A stretch of 64,000 nucleotides of DNA from the NCBI GenBank assembly GCA_022844165.1, contig JALHMH010000008.1:32001-96000 (forward strand), read 5' to 3'. The stretch is from Lysobacterales bacterium. Its GTDB lineage: Bacteria > Pseudomonadota > Gammaproteobacteria > Xanthomonadales > SZUA-5. Positions 20,043 through 29,413 of this stretch are shown here, piece after piece (the stretch's first letter is position 1; every line of letters starts with the position of its first letter). The notes under the pieces were generated by a model that saw only the letters and a list, made by a program, of their open reading frames with translations, was not told the origin of the DNA and did no database searches. The position numbers and the translations under genes were made by a program.

Positions 20043-21426
20043 CCCCGCGCGCTCCCGTCACAATGCCGCCCGCCGTCAGCGTCAATGGATCGAGCAAATC
20101 GCGTAAATCGTGATCGGACAACGCTGTCATCTCGCGAGCCACATCCATAATGGGTCGTCCGCTGGCGTAGGCTGCCTTGGCGATTTTGGCGCCAAGTTCG
20201 TAACCGATGACAGGATTCAGTGCCGTCACCAGAATCGGATTTCGCGCCAGTGCGTCTTGCAATCGGTCGTGGCGAACGCGCAAGCCAGCAATGCTCTGCG
20301 CCAGTGCCGGCAGCGCTCGCGCCGGCAGCTCGATGCTTTCGATCAGATTACGAGCAATCAGTGGCAGCATCAAGTTGAGTTGAAAGTTGCCGGACTGCCC
20401 AGCGATCGTGATCGCAGCATCATTGCCAATCATCTGCGCCGCAACCATGGTTACCGCTTCTGCGATGACCGGATTGACCTTGCCAGGCATGATCGAGGAG
20501 CCGGGTTGCAGCGCCGGCAATTCGATTTCGCCTAAACCGGTGAGCGGGCCGGAGTTCATCCAGCGCAGGTCGTTGGCGATTTTCATCATCGTACAGGCCA
20601 GCGTTTTCAACTGGCCCGACAACTCGACACATTCGTCTTTGGCAGCGATAGCAACGAACAAGTTGGCTGCGGGACCGAATTCAATCCCAGTCATAGCACT
20701 TAGTTGATGACAAACGGTCGCGGAAAACCTCGGGTCGGCATTGATTCCGGTGCCAATCGCAGTGCCACCGAGCGGCAAGGCCTGCACTCGCGCCAGGCTG
20801 TCAATCAGGCGCTGCTGCGCGGCTTGCAGTTGCGCCTCCCAAGCGCCGAATTCCTGGCCCAGGGTCATTGGCATTGCGTCCATCAGATGCGTACGCCCGG
20901 TCTTGACCACACCGGCAAACTCCCGGGCGCGCGTCGCGATCGTATGGCGCAATTGGCCGAGCGCTGGCAACAGCTGCTCGCGAACGGCGAGTGCAGCCGC
21001 GACCTGGATGGCGCTGGGGATGACGTCGTTAGAAGACTGCCCAAGATTGACCTCATCATTGGGATGGACCGCGACCCCGGCGCGAGTCGCCAACGTTGCA
21101 ATGACTTCGTTGGCGTTCATGTTGCTGGAGGTGCCAGAGCCAGTTTGGAACACGTCGACGGGAAATGCCTCGGCGAAATCGCCGTGCGCGATCGCCAACG
21201 CCGCCTTCTCGATTGCCGCCGCTTTCTCGGCAGGCAGCCCGCCTAGCTCGCTATTGGCGCGCGCTGCGGCAGCTTTGATCAGGGCCAGCGCGCGAACAAA
21301 CAAACGTGGCATCGGTTGTCCGCCGATCCGAAAGTTGTCGATCGCGCGTTGCGTTTGCGCGCCCCAGAGTGCGTCCGCCGGTACCTTAAGTTCGCCCATG
21401 CTGTCCTGTTCGATGCGAGTGTTCAT
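20035..21426 (-). CDS. fumC: class II fumarate hydratase
   Basis: RIEQDSMG..WGAQTQRA, QTGSGTSSNMNANEV and GSSIMPGKVNP motifs. Confidence 0.95.
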   Translation of the reverse strand: MNTRIEQDSMGELKVPADALWGAQTQRAIDNFRIGGQPMPRLFVRALALIKAAAARANSELGGLPAEKAAAIEKAALAIAHGDFAEAFPVDVFQTGSGTSSNMNANEVIATLATRAGVAVHPNDEVNLGQSSNDVIPSAIQVAAALAVREQLLPALGQLRHTIATRAREFAGVVKTGRTHLMDAMPMTLGQEFGAWEAQLQAAQQRLIDSLARVQALPLGGTAIGTGINADPRFSATVCHQLSAMTGIEFGPAANLFVAIAAKDECVELSGQLKTLACTMMKIANDLRWMNSGPLTGLGEIELPALQPGSSIMPGKVNPVIAEAVTMVAAQMIGNDAAITIAGQSGNFQLNLMLPLIARNLIESIELPARALPALAQSIAGLRVRHDRLQDALARNPILVTALNPVIGYELGAKIAKAAYASGRPIMDVAREMTALSDHDLRDLLDPLTLTAGGIVTGARGGG

Positions 21427-21497
21427 GCGGCAGCGGCCCGGCGAGTGACTGGCGATTCTATCGCTCCTGGTCAGTGGACAGCGGCGGAACGTCCAGC

Positions 21498-21553
21498 CCG
21501 TCATTTTCTCGCAACCTGTTGCGCATCGGAGCGTCACACAGCCCGCCTAGCGT
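21498..21553 (+). promoter_or_regulatory. putative Pho box array and -10 element upstream of phoX
   Basis: Cores GTCAT (21500), GCAAC (21511), CGCAT (21522) and GTCAC (21533) at an exact 11-bp period; TAGCGT begins 10 nt after the last core, the usual PhoB spacing. Confidence 0.5.
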
Positions 21554-21605
21554 TCGCCGCTTGTGCGGCAGTCAGCCGTCTCGAGCCAACGCCAGAGGAA
21601 ATCAG

Positions 21606-23561
21606 ATGAGCACGTTTCACGATGATGGAATGAGCAACCACTCCAACAACATGAGCTTTCACGACGTGTTGGAACTCAATCAGAAGCGCCGCGAACTGTT
21701 GAAAGGCGGTGTCGCTGCGGCGACCGCAACCGTGGTCGGCGTTCCGTTGTTGACGGCCCGCTCGAACGTGGAAGCGCAGACCTTTACATCGACACCAGGC
21801 ATCGGCTTTAAGCCCGTGCCGGCCACCGATGCCGACACACTCGTGGTTCCTGAAGGTTACCGCGCCGACGTGCTGATCGCCTGGGGCGACCCGATCTCCG
21901 ACAACTTGAAGTTCTTCCGCTACGACGCGACCAACAGTGCCGAAGATCAAGAGCAGCAGTGGGGCATGCACAACGATGGCATGCACTTTTTCCCGTTCGA
22001 GGAGCGCGCGCTACTTGGGCGACCGGTACCATCGAGCCGCCGCGGCCTTTTGGTGAGTAATCACGAATACACCGACGACGGCATCTTGCACGAAGACGGT
22101 CAGCGCACCTGGACACCCGCGAAAGTCCGAAAATCGCAGGCGGCGCATGGCGTGGGCATTGTCGAGTTGTTGTACGACGGCAGCACGTGGCGTGTTGTTC
22201 GTCCCAGCGTCTATGCACGGCGCATCACAGGCTACACGCCGATGGCAGTCAGCGGTCCGGCTAAAGGGCATCGTCTGTTGCGTACTGCCGCGGACCCAGC
22301 GGGTGAGCGCATCCTGGGCACCATCAATAACTGTGCGCACGGCTACACGCCCTGGGGCACGTATTTGACGTGCGAGGAAAACTTCAACGGTTATTTCGCA
22401 AACGGTGCGACGATTCCCGCCGATCAGCGACGCTACGGCATCAGCGCCACCGGGTTCGGTTATCGCTGGCACGAACACGACGAGCGCTTTAACGCGGCCC
22501 TGCACCCGAATGAACCGAATCGATTCGGCTGGGTCGTTGAAATCGATCCTTTCGATCCGACCTCGACGCCGATCAAGCGCACCGCGCTCGGCCGCATCAA
22601 GCATGAAGGCGCGTGGGTTACCTTGTCGCCGGACAATCGCGTCGTCGTTTACATGGGCGACGACGAGCGCTTCGAGTACATTTACAAGTATGTCTCGCGA
22701 GGCTTCTTCAAGCCCGGCGATCGCAATAACAACCGCTCGTTGCTTGACGACGGTACCCTGTACGTGGCGCGATTTGACGAGAACCTGTCGGGCGAGTGGA
22801 TCCCGCTGGTTTGGGGTCAGAATGGCCTGACGCCGGAAAACGGGTTCGCCGATCAAGGCGAAGTGCTGGTCAAGACGCGGCAAGCGGCCGATGTGGTCGG
22901 CGCGACGAAGATGGATCGGCCAGAGTGGATTGCTGTTAACCCACAAACCAAAGACGTGTATTGCACCTTGACCAACAACGATCGCCGCGGCAACACCGGT
23001 CAACCTGCGGTGGATGCGGCTAACCCGCGCGGACAGAACGTCTTTGGCCATATCATTCGATGGGCAGAAGACGGTCAAAATGCGACCGCCCGCCGATTCC
23101 GCTGGCAGCTGTTTGTGCAATGCGGCGACCCGGCACTTGGCAATCCGGCGCGCGCAGGCAATATCAATGGCGATAAGTTCGGGAGCCCGGATGGACTTTG
23201 GTTCGATGACCGCGGCATTCTCTGGGTACAAACCGATATTTCCACGTCCATCGTCTCGCGCCCGGGCAACGAGCGCGGTGACTACCGAAATATCGGCAAC
23301 AATCAGATGCTCGCGTACGATCCGATCAGCGGTGAGTTCCGGCGCTTTATGACCGGACCGCGCGGCTGCGAAATCACCGGCGTGATTTCGACGCCGGACC
23401 TGCGCACGATGTTCGTCAACATCCAGCATCCGGGCGAGCCGGCCAGCGAACGCCTGACGCCCGAGAACCCGACCGCCATTTCGAGTTGGCCTTTCGGCGG
23501 ACGGCCGCGATCGGCAACCGTTGTTATCCGCAAGTTAGATGGTGGAATCATCGGTACCTGA
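21606..23561 (+). CDS. phoX: PhoX family alkaline phosphatase, Tat-exported
   Basis: Twin-arginine KRRELLKGG; GMHNDGM, NHEY, NCAHGYTPWGTYLTCEENF, MDRPEW, SPDGL, CEITG and NIQHPG motifs. Confidence 0.95.
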   Translation: MSTFHDDGMSNHSNNMSFHDVLELNQKRRELLKGGVAAATATVVGVPLLTARSNVEAQTFTSTPGIGFKPVPATDADTLVVPEGYRADVLIAWGDPISDNLKFFRYDATNSAEDQEQQWGMHNDGMHFFPFEERALLGRPVPSSRRGLLVSNHEYTDDGILHEDGQRTWTPAKVRKSQAAHGVGIVELLYDGSTWRVVRPSVYARRITGYTPMAVSGPAKGHRLLRTAADPAGERILGTINNCAHGYTPWGTYLTCEENFNGYFANGATIPADQRRYGISATGFGYRWHEHDERFNAALHPNEPNRFGWVVEIDPFDPTSTPIKRTALGRIKHEGAWVTLSPDNRVVVYMGDDERFEYIYKYVSRGFFKPGDRNNNRSLLDDGTLYVARFDENLSGEWIPLVWGQNGLTPENGFADQGEVLVKTRQAADVVGATKMDRPEWIAVNPQTKDVYCTLTNNDRRGNTGQPAVDAANPRGQNVFGHIIRWAEDGQNATARRFRWQLFVQCGDPALGNPARAGNINGDKFGSPDGLWFDDRGILWVQTDISTSIVSRPGNERGDYRNIGNNQMLAYDPISGEFRRFMTGPRGCEITGVISTPDLRTMFVNIQHPGEPASERLTPENPTAISSWPFGGRPRSATVVIRKLDGGIIGT

Positions 23562-23570
23562 GAACCCACG

Positions 23571-23595
23571 GCGGGCTGCCGGATCGACAGCCCGC
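23571..23595. terminator. hairpin between convergent genes
   Basis: GCGGGCTG-N9-CAGCCCGC starting 9 nt after the phoX stop. Confidence 0.5.
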
Positions 23596-23635
23596 TATCG
23601 AATGGCGCTGACGCGACTTGCGCAGCGCCCGTTCT

Positions 23636-24514
23636 TCAGCTCTTCTCTTCTCGCTCTGCTTTGGTCTCAGATTCAAATCGGATCACCGCATCTTTGCCGT
23701 ACCAGCGTCCCTCGATCTGAGTCAGTTCCAACTCGTGCGATAGCGGTGCGTCGAATACCGTGACGGTGGCGCGAACGAGCGCCTTGTTTCCCTCAACTTT
23801 CAGCGTTTGAAATCGGGCGCTTGCGGCAATGGCGTCGATATCCAGACCGTACAGTTTGACGGCTCGTTTGCTCGCCGCGAACATTTTGCTGGCCGAGCCC
23901 AGTGCTTCTTCAAACGACAGCATCTTGAGCTGATCGAGGTTCTGGATGCCCGTGTCACGCGCAGCGCGAGTCACCAATGTCAACGCTTCACGCGCAGTCG
24001 CCGGATTGAAAAAATCGGTGCCTTTCAGCCAACGTTCCAGCCCTGGCAAGACAGCCCGCAACATCTCGCGTTGCTCGGCTGTCATGGTGTTGTCGGGCTG
24101 CGCCAATGCCATCTGCATCGCGCCGAGAGCCATCAGAATCCCGCCCTCCGCTTGAGGCGCGATCTCATTGAGTTTTGGCTCGAATTCCGCCATCAACCGG
24201 TCGACAGCATCGTTGGCCGTAAGCTTGGCAATCGCTTCTTCGAACTCGGCACGGTCTTTCTCTTCAATGGGCTTGCTGCGCTGCATCTCGTACGCGCCGC
24301 GCATCATCTGGAACTGGCCGGCAGGCATTGAGGCGCGCAACAGTCCAGCCACGTCGTTATTGCGCAGATGGCGCACAGCTGCCTGCAGTTGTTCTGCTGG
24401 ATCGACAACGGCAACGGTCTGGACCGACGCAGCTGCTTCTCGGGCCTGCAACGGAGCCGCAAAACCAGAGGACAACGCAACGCCGATCGTGACTGCTAAC
24501 AGAATCATCTTCAT
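23636..24514 (-). CDS. exported hypothetical protein (helical core, NTF2/DUF4878-like C-terminus)
   Basis: Signal peptide; AGGAG RBS; C-terminal KVEGNKALV..LTQIEGRWY. Confidence 0.75.
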   Translation of the reverse strand: MKMILLAVTIGVALSSGFAAPLQAREAAASVQTVAVVDPAEQLQAAVRHLRNNDVAGLLRASMPAGQFQMMRGAYEMQRSKPIEEKDRAEFEEAIAKLTANDAVDRLMAEFEPKLNEIAPQAEGGILMALGAMQMALAQPDNTMTAEQREMLRAVLPGLERWLKGTDFFNPATAREALTLVTRAARDTGIQNLDQLKMLSFEEALGSASKMFAASKRAVKLYGLDIDAIAASARFQTLKVEGNKALVRATVTVFDAPLSHELELTQIEGRWYGKDAVIRFESETKAEREEKS

Positions 24515-24573
24515 TTGAGGCTCCTACGTATCGGGGGCAAGCGCCAGACTGGTCAGCTTGTGGGGCCATATTA

Positions 24574-24595
24574 GTGTGCTAGTGATGTAGTACAC
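24574..24595. promoter_or_regulatory. palindromic operator resembling YtrA-subfamily GntR sites
   Basis: GTGTGCTA-N6-TAGTACAC (7/8 symmetric), adjacent to a minus-strand TAATAT at 24568-24573. Confidence 0.55.
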
Positions 24596-24607
24596 CAATG
24601 AAAGAAG

Positions 24608-25492
24608 TCATGGTTCAATCGAACGATTGGCGACCAGCGCTTCGCGGGTGATGGCGAAAACACCCATCTGCCCCACCGAAAACGGAATCCAGGCGACTGG
24701 CAAATGCGCGAAGCGGCGTTTGAAAGCACGCCATCCTTCGCCGATTTCGACAATCAGCAGGCCACCCGGCATCAGATGCTCGATGGCGCCGTCGAGGATT
24801 CGAGTCGTTGCATCGAGCCCGTCGATGCCGGATACAAGTCCCAACTCAGGCTCGTGTGCGTACTCTGGCGCCAGTTTCCTGAATTCGGCATCGGTCACGT
24901 ACGGTGGGTTGGAGACAATCAACTCATAGCGAATGCCCTTCAGTTCTGCGTAGAGATCCGATTGGATGGTATGAACGCGCGAGGCAACGCGATGTCGGTC
25001 AATGTTTTCCTGCGCCAGCAGCAGAGCGTCGTGCGACAAATCGACAAGATCAACCCGCCACTGCGGTTGGTACACCGCCATTGCAACGCCGATGGAACCG
25101 CCGCCGCAGCAAAGGTCGAGCACGCGATGTACGCGTGCTGGCTCACACCACCCATCGAAACCCGACTCGATCAATTCAGCGATGGGCGAACGCGGAACCA
25201 GAGCCCGCGGGTCGGTCACGAAATCGAGCCCGGCGAACGGTGCGTGGCCAATCAAATAAGCCGCAGGAATGCGCTCCTGGATGCGGCGATTGATGAGCGC
25301 AGCAATTCGATCCTGCTCGGCGACTGTCAGCTCAGCACTGCCCAGGTTTCCCGGCCAATCGGCCGGCAGCTGCAAGGCGTGTAACGCCAAAGTGCGCGCT
25401 TCATCGAGCGCGTTGTCGGCGCTGTGGGCGACGAAAACACCCGCGGTTCGCAGTTGCGTTGCAGCAAGTCGAATGGCAGAGAGCAGGTTCAT
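24608..25492 (-). CDS. prmB: 50S ribosomal protein L3 N5-glutamine methyltransferase
   Basis: RIPAAYL, RALVPRSPIAELI, LDLCCGGGSIG, SNPPYV and HEPELGL motifs. Confidence 0.93.
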   Translation of the reverse strand: MNLLSAIRLAATQLRTAGVFVAHSADNALDEARTLALHALQLPADWPGNLGSAELTVAEQDRIAALINRRIQERIPAAYLIGHAPFAGLDFVTDPRALVPRSPIAELIESGFDGWCEPARVHRVLDLCCGGGSIGVAMAVYQPQWRVDLVDLSHDALLLAQENIDRHRVASRVHTIQSDLYAELKGIRYELIVSNPPYVTDAEFRKLAPEYAHEPELGLVSGIDGLDATTRILDGAIEHLMPGGLLIVEIGEGWRAFKRRFAHLPVAWIPFSVGQMGVFAITREALVANRSIEP

Positions 25493-25518
25493 GGGCGATC
25501 GGTAGTTGGTGATGGTGG

Positions 25519-25917
25519 TCAGTCTCTTGCCAGACCGAGATAGCGCTCGATCGCGCGTAGACTTCCGCCCAACTGGGTTCTAAGCAGAAACCACCCGAGC
25601 AGCATACCGATGCCATTGGCCAGGAGGTCTGCGATCTCGGCATGCCGGTGCGGAGTTTGCGCCTGCAGGGCTTCGATCCCTATGCCATAGCCCAACAGCA
25701 TGCCGAATGCTCGCGGTAAGGTGGTCAGCTGGCCGAAGTAACACGCCAGGACGATATAGGCGAGCGCATGGTTGAGTTTGTCGATATTCGGCACCTCGAT
25801 TGCCGGGCCCTGGAGCGAGACCAGCGACAAGGTCGCAATGGCCGCCAGCAGCGCGATGCCCAGACCCCACCAGAACCCGCGCCATCGTAGTTCTACCATT
25901 GCCATTTCATGCTTCAC
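25519..25917 (-). CDS. VanZ family membrane protein
   Basis: DKLNHALAY, IEALQ...P.R and DLLANG.G motifs. Confidence 0.85.
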   Translation of the reverse strand: MKHEMAMVELRWRGFWWGLGIALLAAIATLSLVSLQGPAIEVPNIDKLNHALAYIVLACYFGQLTTLPRAFGMLLGYGIGIEALQAQTPHRHAEIADLLANGIGMLLGWFLLRTQLGGSLRAIERYLGLARD

Positions 25918-25955
25918 GTTTCAGCATCCACCTATCTTTGCAACAGCGCGCGATC

Positions 25956-27326
25956 ATGTCTTATTTCCAGCATTTCAATGCCAGTGATATCGAGCGCGAA
26001 TACCCGCGTGGGCAGGCATTCATCGACAAGTTTTCGCGCATCAGTCGCGACGCGTTGTGGCACGAGCAGAATGATCGCTTCAAGCGCTTGCTGGGGCGGG
26101 CGTGGAGAATGGCGTTTTACCGACGCCTTTGGGGCGCTGCGGGCATCGAGCCGGGCGATATTCGCTCGCTGGAGGACATCATCAAGTTGCCGACCTTCGG
26201 CAAACACGAGTTGATGGCCTCGATTGCGCTTCATCCGCCACTCGGCGACTTTCACGGGCGCGACAGTTTCCCGTCAGACCCGCCGCCGATGGTCATGCAC
26301 ACCACCAGTGGCACCACCGGCACACCGCAGCCGCTGTTTTTCGGTCCTCGCGGGCGCGAAACGCAGAATCTGCTGCTGGCGCGAGCGTACCTTCTCCAAG
26401 GCCTGACAGCGAGCGATGTTGTGCATTCGGTTTACGGCCATGGGCTGATCAATGGCGGTCACTTCGTCCGCGAAAGTGTGTTGCACTGGACGTCCGCTCT
26501 TTTCCTGTCTGCAGGTACCGGCATCGAGACGCGTTCGGCGCGCCAGGTAGAGTTGATGCGCGACTTCGGCGCAACCGTGATCGTCGGTTTTGCCGACTAC
26601 ATCAAGAAGCTTGCTGAAGTCGCCCGAGAGGCCGGGATCGAACCTGGCCGCGATATTCGCATTCGCATGATCAGCGGCCATCTCGGTCGCGAGTCGCGCG
26701 AACACATGAGTCAGCTCTGGGGTGGCGCGCAGCTCTACGATTGGTATGGTGTGGGCGATACCGGCACGATTGCCGCCGAAGGCCGCGATCAAAACGGATT
26801 GTATTTAATGGAAGACGCACAGTTCGTCGAAGTCCTTGACCTGGATACCGGCGCTCGAGTCGACGATGGGCAGCCGGGCGATCTGGTGGTGACGACGCTC
26901 TACAAGGACGACATCTATCCGCTGATCCGTTTCAATACCCACGATGTCACACTGATCGAAACGACGCCGTCGGATTTGGGCTTGAACCTCAGGCGAATGC
27001 GCGGCTTCCTGGGCCGCAGCGACAACATGGTGAAGCTGCGCGGCATCAACGTGTTTCCGCAAGCGGTCGGGCCGATCCTGGATGGATTGCCGGGATTTGC
27101 GGGCGAGTTTTTGTGCATGGTCGAGCGTCTCGGCGCGCGCGAGGAAATGACGGTACTGGTCGAGACTCGGGACGCGAGCGATGCGCGATTGGCGGAGGCG
27201 GCAGATTTGTTGCGCGCACGCCTGGGTGTCGATGTGCTGGTTGGGTTTAAACGGCCCGGCGAACTGGCGACGCAGACGGGCATCGAAACACGGCAAAAGC
27301 CCATCCGGCTCATTGATCGTCGTTGA
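25956..27326 (+). CDS. phenylacetate--CoA ligase family (PaaK-like) adenylating enzyme
   Basis: P-loop TTSGTTG.P; WYGVGDTG; PLIRFNTHD; GRSDNMVKLRGINVFP. Confidence 0.85.
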   Translation: MSYFQHFNASDIEREYPRGQAFIDKFSRISRDALWHEQNDRFKRLLGRAWRMAFYRRLWGAAGIEPGDIRSLEDIIKLPTFGKHELMASIALHPPLGDFHGRDSFPSDPPPMVMHTTSGTTGTPQPLFFGPRGRETQNLLLARAYLLQGLTASDVVHSVYGHGLINGGHFVRESVLHWTSALFLSAGTGIETRSARQVELMRDFGATVIVGFADYIKKLAEVAREAGIEPGRDIRIRMISGHLGRESREHMSQLWGGAQLYDWYGVGDTGTIAAEGRDQNGLYLMEDAQFVEVLDLDTGARVDDGQPGDLVVTTLYKDDIYPLIRFNTHDVTLIETTPSDLGLNLRRMRGFLGRSDNMVKLRGINVFPQAVGPILDGLPGFAGEFLCMVERLGAREEMTVLVETRDASDARLAEAADLLRARLGVDVLVGFKRPGELATQTGIETRQKPIRLIDRR

Positions 27327-27423
27327 ATCGACGTGCCGATGGCATGCCCCGCTGCTGCCAATCCACTTGCGCTCTGTTCACAGATCCCCACTCAAACTTC
27401 ATTGTCCAAAACAGGAATCCGTC

Positions 27424-27963
27424 ATGTCCAGAATTCTCTTCGCGCCGCTGTTACTGGCCGCATCGATGGCGAATGCTTCGTGCCCGCCGCTGCTCGATCA
27501 CAGCTTCCGCCCGCTTGCCGGCAAAGAGCCCGTCAAGCTCTGTGAGCAGTTCGAAGGCAAAGTGCTGCTGGTGGTCAATACTGCGAGTCAATGCGGCTTT
27601 ACGCCCCAGTATGAAGGCCTGGAGAAACTGCACAGCGAACTAAAGGACAAAGACTTCGCCGTGGTGGGTTTCCCGTCGAATGAGTTCGGCGGACAAGAAC
27701 CCGGCACGGAGGAAGAGATCAAAGAGTTCTGTACGCTGACCTATGGCGTCGCATTTCCGATGTTCGAAAAAGTACAAGTGAAGGGTGACAACGCCACGCC
27801 ATTTTATCGGGCCCTGGCCAAGGCCGGCGGTGGCGAACCGCAATGGAACTTCCACAAGTATCTGATCGACAAGAACGGCAATGTAATTGCTGGTTATGGC
27901 AGTCGCGTCAAACCCGACGCGCCGGAGCTCCGCGCAGCAATCGACTCCGCACTGAGCGACTGA
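27424..27963 (+). CDS. glutathione peroxidase family protein with signal peptide
   Basis: VNTASQCGFTPQY, GFPSNEFGGQEPG and WNFHKYLID motifs. Confidence 0.93.
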   Translation: MSRILFAPLLLAASMANASCPPLLDHSFRPLAGKEPVKLCEQFEGKVLLVVNTASQCGFTPQYEGLEKLHSELKDKDFAVVGFPSNEFGGQEPGTEEEIKEFCTLTYGVAFPMFEKVQVKGDNATPFYRALAKAGGGEPQWNFHKYLIDKNGNVIAGYGSRVKPDAPELRAAIDSALSD

Positions 27964-28201
27964 TCTACTGTTTTGAGTGCGTCAACGGTCGCTGCCGCGC
28001 CTGCTCACGGCGACCATTCGCGCACTTTGGCATGATGGTGCCACTCAGCTCCGGGCTGCAGGGCACTTGCAACGATCAATGTTGTGCGGCCATGGTTGTT
28101 GCGCAAGGCCGCGTCATGCCGAAGCCCTGCATCACCTCCCCGAATGTCGGGGAGCTGTCATAGCAAAACCAAAGCGATTTACAGCGATCGCGGGAGAATC
28201 C

Positions 28202-29413
28202 ATGCAAGCCTTCTATCGCGAGCAGTTCGTGATCCCAGGAAATGGCGACTGGGCGTATTTTTGCGGTAACTCGCTCGGCCTGATGCCACGTTCCGTGCCG
28301 CATGCGGTCCAACGGGTCACCGAACAATGGGCAACGTTGGCGGTCGAGGCGCATTTCACCGATCGCGACGCCTGGATGCCGTACCACAATTTGGTGCGCG
28401 ATCAACTGGCCCGTCTGGCTGGCGCAAAGCCGATCGAAGTTGTTGCGATGAATACGTTGACCACTAATCTGCATCTGATGATGGCCAGCTTCTATCGGCC
28501 TCGTGGCGAACGCCGGGCAATCCTGATCGAAGCGCGCGCTTTCCCATCGGATCGTCATGCAGTCGCCTCGCAAATCAATTTGCACGGTGGCAGCGTCGAC
28601 GACGATCTGATCGAGTTAGCGCCGCTGCCCGGTCACGAGACCATCGCGCCAGAGCAAATCGCCGCTGCCATTGCGGCCATCGGTGAACGTCTGGCTTTGG
28701 TGCTTTGGCCGGGCGTGCAGTACGTCACGGGTCAACGTTTTGATCTGGCAGCCATCACCCATGCCGCTCATGCCGTCGGCGCTGTGGCCGGGTTCGACCT
28801 GGCCCACGCCATTGGCAACGTGCCCGTCGACTTGCACGCGTCCGATGCAGATTTTGCGGTGTGGTGCAGCTACAAGTATTTGAACGCCGGACCGGGGTCG
28901 ATCGCCGGATGTTTTGTTCACGAGCGTCATGCCGATCGCGGTTTGCCGCGAATGGCCGGATGGTGGGGCCACGATCCGGCAACGCGATTCCAAATGGGGC
29001 CCGAGTTCCGGCCAACGCCAGGGGCCGATGGATGGCAGCTCTCCAACCCCTCAATCTTCGCATTGGCGCCGCTGCGTGCTTCGTTGGAGCTATTCGACGC
29101 TGTTGGGATGGCTGCCCTGCGCGATCGCTCAATGCAAATGACCGGGTTTCTGGCGGCTGCAATCGATGCCGAGATGTCCCGGTATCTCGACATCCTCACG
29201 CCACGCGATCCGCAGCAACGCGGCTGCCAAATCTCACTGCGCGTTCGAGCCGGGCGCGAATCGGGCCGCCGATTGCACGATGCGTTGCATGCTCGGGGCA
29301 TCATTGGCGACTGGCGCGAACCCGATGTCATTCGCGTCGCGCCAGCGCCGCTCTATAACAACCAAAGCGATATCGAGCGATTGCTGTCCGGTTTGCGCGA
29401 GGAACTGCAATGA
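28202..29413 (+). CDS. kynU: kynureninase
   Basis: YFCGNSLGL, MNTLT.NLH, DLAHAIGN, WCSYKYLNAGPG and GWWGH motifs. Confidence 0.95.
   Translation: MQAFYREQFVIPGNGDWAYFCGNSLGLMPRSVPHAVQRVTEQWATLAVEAHFTDRDAWMPYHNLVRDQLARLAGAKPIEVVAMNTLTTNLHLMMASFYRPRGERRAILIEARAFPSDRHAVASQINLHGGSVDDDLIELAPLPGHETIAPEQIAAAIAAIGERLALVLWPGVQYVTGQRFDLAAITHAAHAVGAVAGFDLAHAIGNVPVDLHASDADFAVWCSYKYLNAGPGSIAGCFVHERHADRGLPRMAGWWGHDPATRFQMGPEFRPTPGADGWQLSNPSIFALAPLRASLELFDAVGMAALRDRSMQMTGFLAAAIDAEMSRYLDILTPRDPQQRGCQISLRVRAGRESGRRLHDALHARGIIGDWREPDVIRVAPAPLYNNQSDIERLLSGLREELQ

Noticed and set aside
22011-23429. 472-aa minus-strand ORF
   Set aside because: Antisense shadow of phoX.
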